IMG/VR virus record: IMGVR_UViG_3300031841_004047
Reading direction: 5' to 3' (one strand)
Source of the DNA: a virus
Length of the DNA: 64,000 bases
Within the stretch, counting starts at the first letter, position 1. Every line of letters starts with the position of its first letter. Below are positions 61,185 to 64,000 of this stretch, piece after piece. Made by a program: the position numbers and the translations under genes. Below the pieces are notes generated by a model that made no database searches, was not told the origin of the DNA, and saw only the letters and a program-made list of their open reading frames with translations.

Positions 61185-62552
61185 ATGGGAACAATTATAA
61201 CCGATAATTTTAAATTAGAAATGGTGAAAAGTTTAGTGTCTCATTTTAATAATGTAGACAATAACATTTATATTGGTGTGGGTAAATCCGAGCCCTGGAA
61301 TGATTCTAGTGATGCGGCACCTGTTCCATTGAATAATGAGAAAGAAATCAGAAATTTTAGAAATGGTCTTCAATCCATTAAAAAAGTTTTTGCTGTTTCA
61401 GGAGTTATTCCAAGAGTAAACTGGACAAGTGGAACGGTCTATAGCCAGTATGATGATACTCAAATTGGTAGACCATCTCCTCCTAATTACGTGATGAATA
61501 CCAATCATCATGTCTATATGTGTTTGAGAACCGGAAGAAATAAAAAGGGTGAAACAGTAGTTTCTACCGTTATGCCTACTAACTCAAACAATGATCCTTT
61601 TGAAACTGCTGATGGATACGTATGGAAGTTTTTGTACACTATTAGTGCTCTTGAGGCAGACCAGTTTCTAACTGCTAGCTTTATGCCAACAAGATATATC
61701 ACTTCAGTCGATTCAAATTCAAGTGGAGTGGAACTTAAGCAGCATGAGATTCAAAGAACTGCTAGACCGGGTAGGATTACTTCATTCGTGATGGAATCAG
61801 GAGGAATCGGCTACGATTCAAATGATCCGCCTACAGTTCTTCTTGTAAAAGGTAATGGTGATTCATCACATGTAGTATCAGTCTTTATTGAATCAGGAAG
61901 AATCACGAAACTAGAAATGGATGCTGATTCAAGTACTCTGGCTTACGGTGATGGTTATGAAGAAGGTGTAGATGTTGTAATTACTGGTGGAGTAGGATCC
62001 GGAGCAATCGCAAGAGCGGTGATCTCTCCTGCTCAAGGTATTGGCTACAACGCTATGGCCGATCTAAAAACAGACGCATTTGCTATGCATGTTAAAATAG
62101 AGGGTGGTGATCAAGATTTTATCGTTGGGAATGATTTTAGACAAATTGGAATCATCGCTAATCCAAAGAAGAATCAGGCTATAGATTCAGACTTTACTGA
62201 TCAAACTGGAACACTTCTAAGAGCCATGAAGTTGAACAATGTTTCATACGTCTTTACAACTGATAATAGAATAAAAGCTGTTACTGGAACTCAAGCAGAA
62301 GCGTTTGTTGATAGATATAATGATTCAGATAAAATACTTTACTACCACCAAACACCTGCAACTGGATTCATAAACTTTGATTCAAATGACGTGATTGATG
62401 AAGTAGATGGAAACGGTCTTGGTAACTTTGAAAATCACATCATACCTGAGGTTAAACCTTTCACGGGTGATGTATTATACATAAACAATAGAGCTTCGAT
62501 TATAAGGTCCTCTACTCAAACAGAAGACGTTAAAATAATCCTTCAACTATAA
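61185..62552 (+). CDS. gp8: Baseplate wedge subunit
   Basis: YIGVGK...W, IPR.NWTSG, VYMCL, DGYVWKFLY, NDFRQIG, GDVLYINNR...R...QTEDVKII. Confidence 0.92.
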   Translation: MGTIITDNFKLEMVKSLVSHFNNVDNNIYIGVGKSEPWNDSSDAAPVPLNNEKEIRNFRNGLQSIKKVFAVSGVIPRVNWTSGTVYSQYDDTQIGRPSPPNYVMNTNHHVYMCLRTGRNKKGETVVSTVMPTNSNNDPFETADGYVWKFLYTISALEADQFLTASFMPTRYITSVDSNSSGVELKQHEIQRTARPGRITSFVMESGGIGYDSNDPPTVLLVKGNGDSSHVVSVFIESGRITKLEMDADSSTLAYGDGYEEGVDVVITGGVGSGAIARAVISPAQGIGYNAMADLKTDAFAMHVKIEGGDQDFIVGNDFRQIGIIANPKKNQAIDSDFTDQTGTLLRAMKLNNVSYVFTTDNRIKAVTGTQAEAFVDRYNDSDKILYYHQTPATGFINFDSNDVIDEVDGNGLGNFENHIIPEVKPFTGDVLYINNRASIIRSSTQTEDVKIILQL

Positions 62553-62561
62553 GAGTGTTAC

Positions 62562-64000
62562 ATGCCAATTAAGTTTTCAAAAGATATATTAAAAACTCGC
62601 TACAAGGATGATTTTAACGAGGACGATAACTATCATCGTATATTGTTCAATCCTCGTAAAGCTTTACAAGCTAGAGAGCTTACTCAGCTTCAAACTATTA
62701 TCCAAAAAGAAATAGAAAGATTTGGGAAAAATATATTTAAGGAAGGAGCATCTGTATCACCATCTGGTATAGTAATCGATGAGAAATATGAATATATTAA
62801 AATTGATGAAGTTTCAGTACCTGGAACCGCTGTTGGCGATGAGATCTTTACGGCTCAAACTTCAGGCTTAAAGTTTCAGATTGTTGAATCGGTTAATCAG
62901 AATACGGACCTGGGTCTTGATGCTACACTTTATGTCAGATACATCAATAGCTCAAATCATATACCTTCAGCAACTCCCGCAAGAGTATTAGACGGAGAAC
63001 AGCTTCAAGGTACCAATAACGTATTTAACTCAAAGTCTATAAACGCGACTGGATCAGGATGTAAGATAAGTATTGGTGAAGGAGACTTCTTTATCGGTGG
63101 TCTGTTTGTTCATGCTCCAGCTCAGTCTTTAATTATCTCAAACTATGATTCATCCAAAACCACAACTGTTGGGTTTAAAATTTCTCAAGAATTAATTACT
63201 CCTGATGATGATATTAACTTATTTGATAATCAGGGAGCCACACCCAACATTTCTGCTCCAGGTGCTGATAGATTAAAAATAAATCTTGAGCTAACTACTA
63301 AAGACAAAGTTACTGATAACTCACCGTTTGTCTTTATAGCCGATGTTAAAAACTCGGTAGTTGTTCATAGAGCAGAGGGTCATAGTGATTACAATAAGAT
63401 AAATGACGTATTGGCGGAAAGAACTAAAGAAGAAGCCGGAAACTATATAACACAGCCGTTTCTTATTTCTTTCGACTCAACAGATGCATCAAACTTAACT
63501 ATGAGTGTAAGTGATGGTACGGCCTATGTTAACGGATATAGAGCCGATAGACCAGTTCCATCAAAAATTGCTGTAGAAAGATCTCAGTCAACTAAAAGTT
63601 TTAGTGGAGAAAATGTTCCTGTTTCATTCGGAAACTATATAATAGTTCAAGATGATGGATATAAGGGTCTTCCTGATCTTGCTAATTTTAGTAAAGTAAC
63701 TATTTCAAGTAATAACTTAAACATTAGTTCTCCGATAGGAACTTGTAGAGTAAGATCTATCGATACTATAGCAAACACAAATCCGGTTGAAAAAAGAGTT
63801 TACATCTTTGATATCGTTATGACTGCAGGTCAAAGTTTCAGATCAGCAAAAAGTATTGGAGTAGGATCAAACTTTTTCGCAAAGATTAAAACCGAAGATG
63901 TTGGAGGAACTCAGGTTGCTATCTTGAAAGAAGCAAGTAATAACGCATTACTTTTTGATCTTCCAAAAATAAGACCTCAGTCATTAAGCAGTGTCGCATA
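62562..64000 (+). CDS. DUF4815/VrlC-like large virion protein (3' truncated by window)
   Basis: Read manually: Y.DDF....NYHRILFNP..ALQARELTQLQTIIQ.EIERFG..IFKEG, SAPGADRLKI; frame open to the window end. Confidence 0.88.
   Translation, partial: MPIKFSKDILKTRYKDDFNEDDNYHRILFNPRKALQARELTQLQTIIQKEIERFGKNIFKEGASVSPSGIVIDEKYEYIKIDEVSVPGTAVGDEIFTAQTSGLKFQIVESVNQNTDLGLDATLYVRYINSSNHIPSATPARVLDGEQLQGTNNVFNSKSINATGSGCKISIGEGDFFIGGLFVHAPAQSLIISNYDSSKTTTVGFKISQELITPDDDINLFDNQGATPNISAPGADRLKINLELTTKDKVTDNSPFVFIADVKNSVVVHRAEGHSDYNKINDVLAERTKEEAGNYITQPFLISFDSTDASNLTMSVSDGTAYVNGYRADRPVPSKIAVERSQSTKSFSGENVPVSFGNYIIVQDDGYKGLPDLANFSKVTISSNNLNISSPIGTCRVRSIDTIANTNPVEKRVYIFDIVMTAGQSFRSAKSIGVGSNFFAKIKTEDVGGTQVAILKEASNNALLFDLPKIRPQSLSSVA

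Noticed and set aside
172-61702. Numerous short antisense or alternate-frame ORFs in the track (e.g. 172..447, 1633..1860, 32816..33050, 46423..46860, 47291..47782)
   Set aside because: They are shadows of well-supported genes or tRNAs, without RBS or recognisable motifs

Overview
64-kb segment of a large T4-like myovirus genome (AT-rich, standard genetic code, T4 late promoters TATAAATA plus sigma70-like TTTAC(A/T)-17-TA(T/G)AAT promoters). The host is probably a marine alphaproteobacterium: the tRNA-His lacks G-1 and has G1-U72 and A73. From left to right: C-terminal part of DNA polymerase gp43; a ~12.5-kb cytosine-hypermodification region (gp42-type dCMP hydroxymethylase, beta-glucosyltransferase-like enzyme, NDP-sugar dehydrogenase, two cupins, nucleotidyltransferase-HAD, PMM-like HAD, UDG-fold protein, atypical C5-methyltransferase-fold protein, Nmad1-like protein, dCMP deaminase, nucleases and an AEP-type primase); uvsX, gp41 and thyX; a small late structural block; a ~9-kb glycosyl/methyl/sulfotransferase operon; a tRNA cluster with interleaved structured RNAs; a lipase plus peptidoglycan hydrolase; guaC; many small accessory genes; gp33 and gp32; then the baseplate/tail module (tape measure-like, gp26/51, 54, 2, 4, 48, 53, 27-like, split gp5, 25, 6, 7, 8, DUF4815). 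The best candidate for an undescribed system is the cytosine-modification cluster. Its glycosyltransferase and its C5-MTase-fold enzyme both carry the clamp-binding-like peptide found at the polymerase C-terminus, and the phage appears to encode much of its own NDP-sugar pathway. Other strong leads are a probable -1 frameshift joining gp26 to a gp51-like C-terminus, three candidate structured ncRNAs, a chimeric tRNA and a helically phased 18-bp operator. All family assignments come from motif recognition by eye; no database searches were run.
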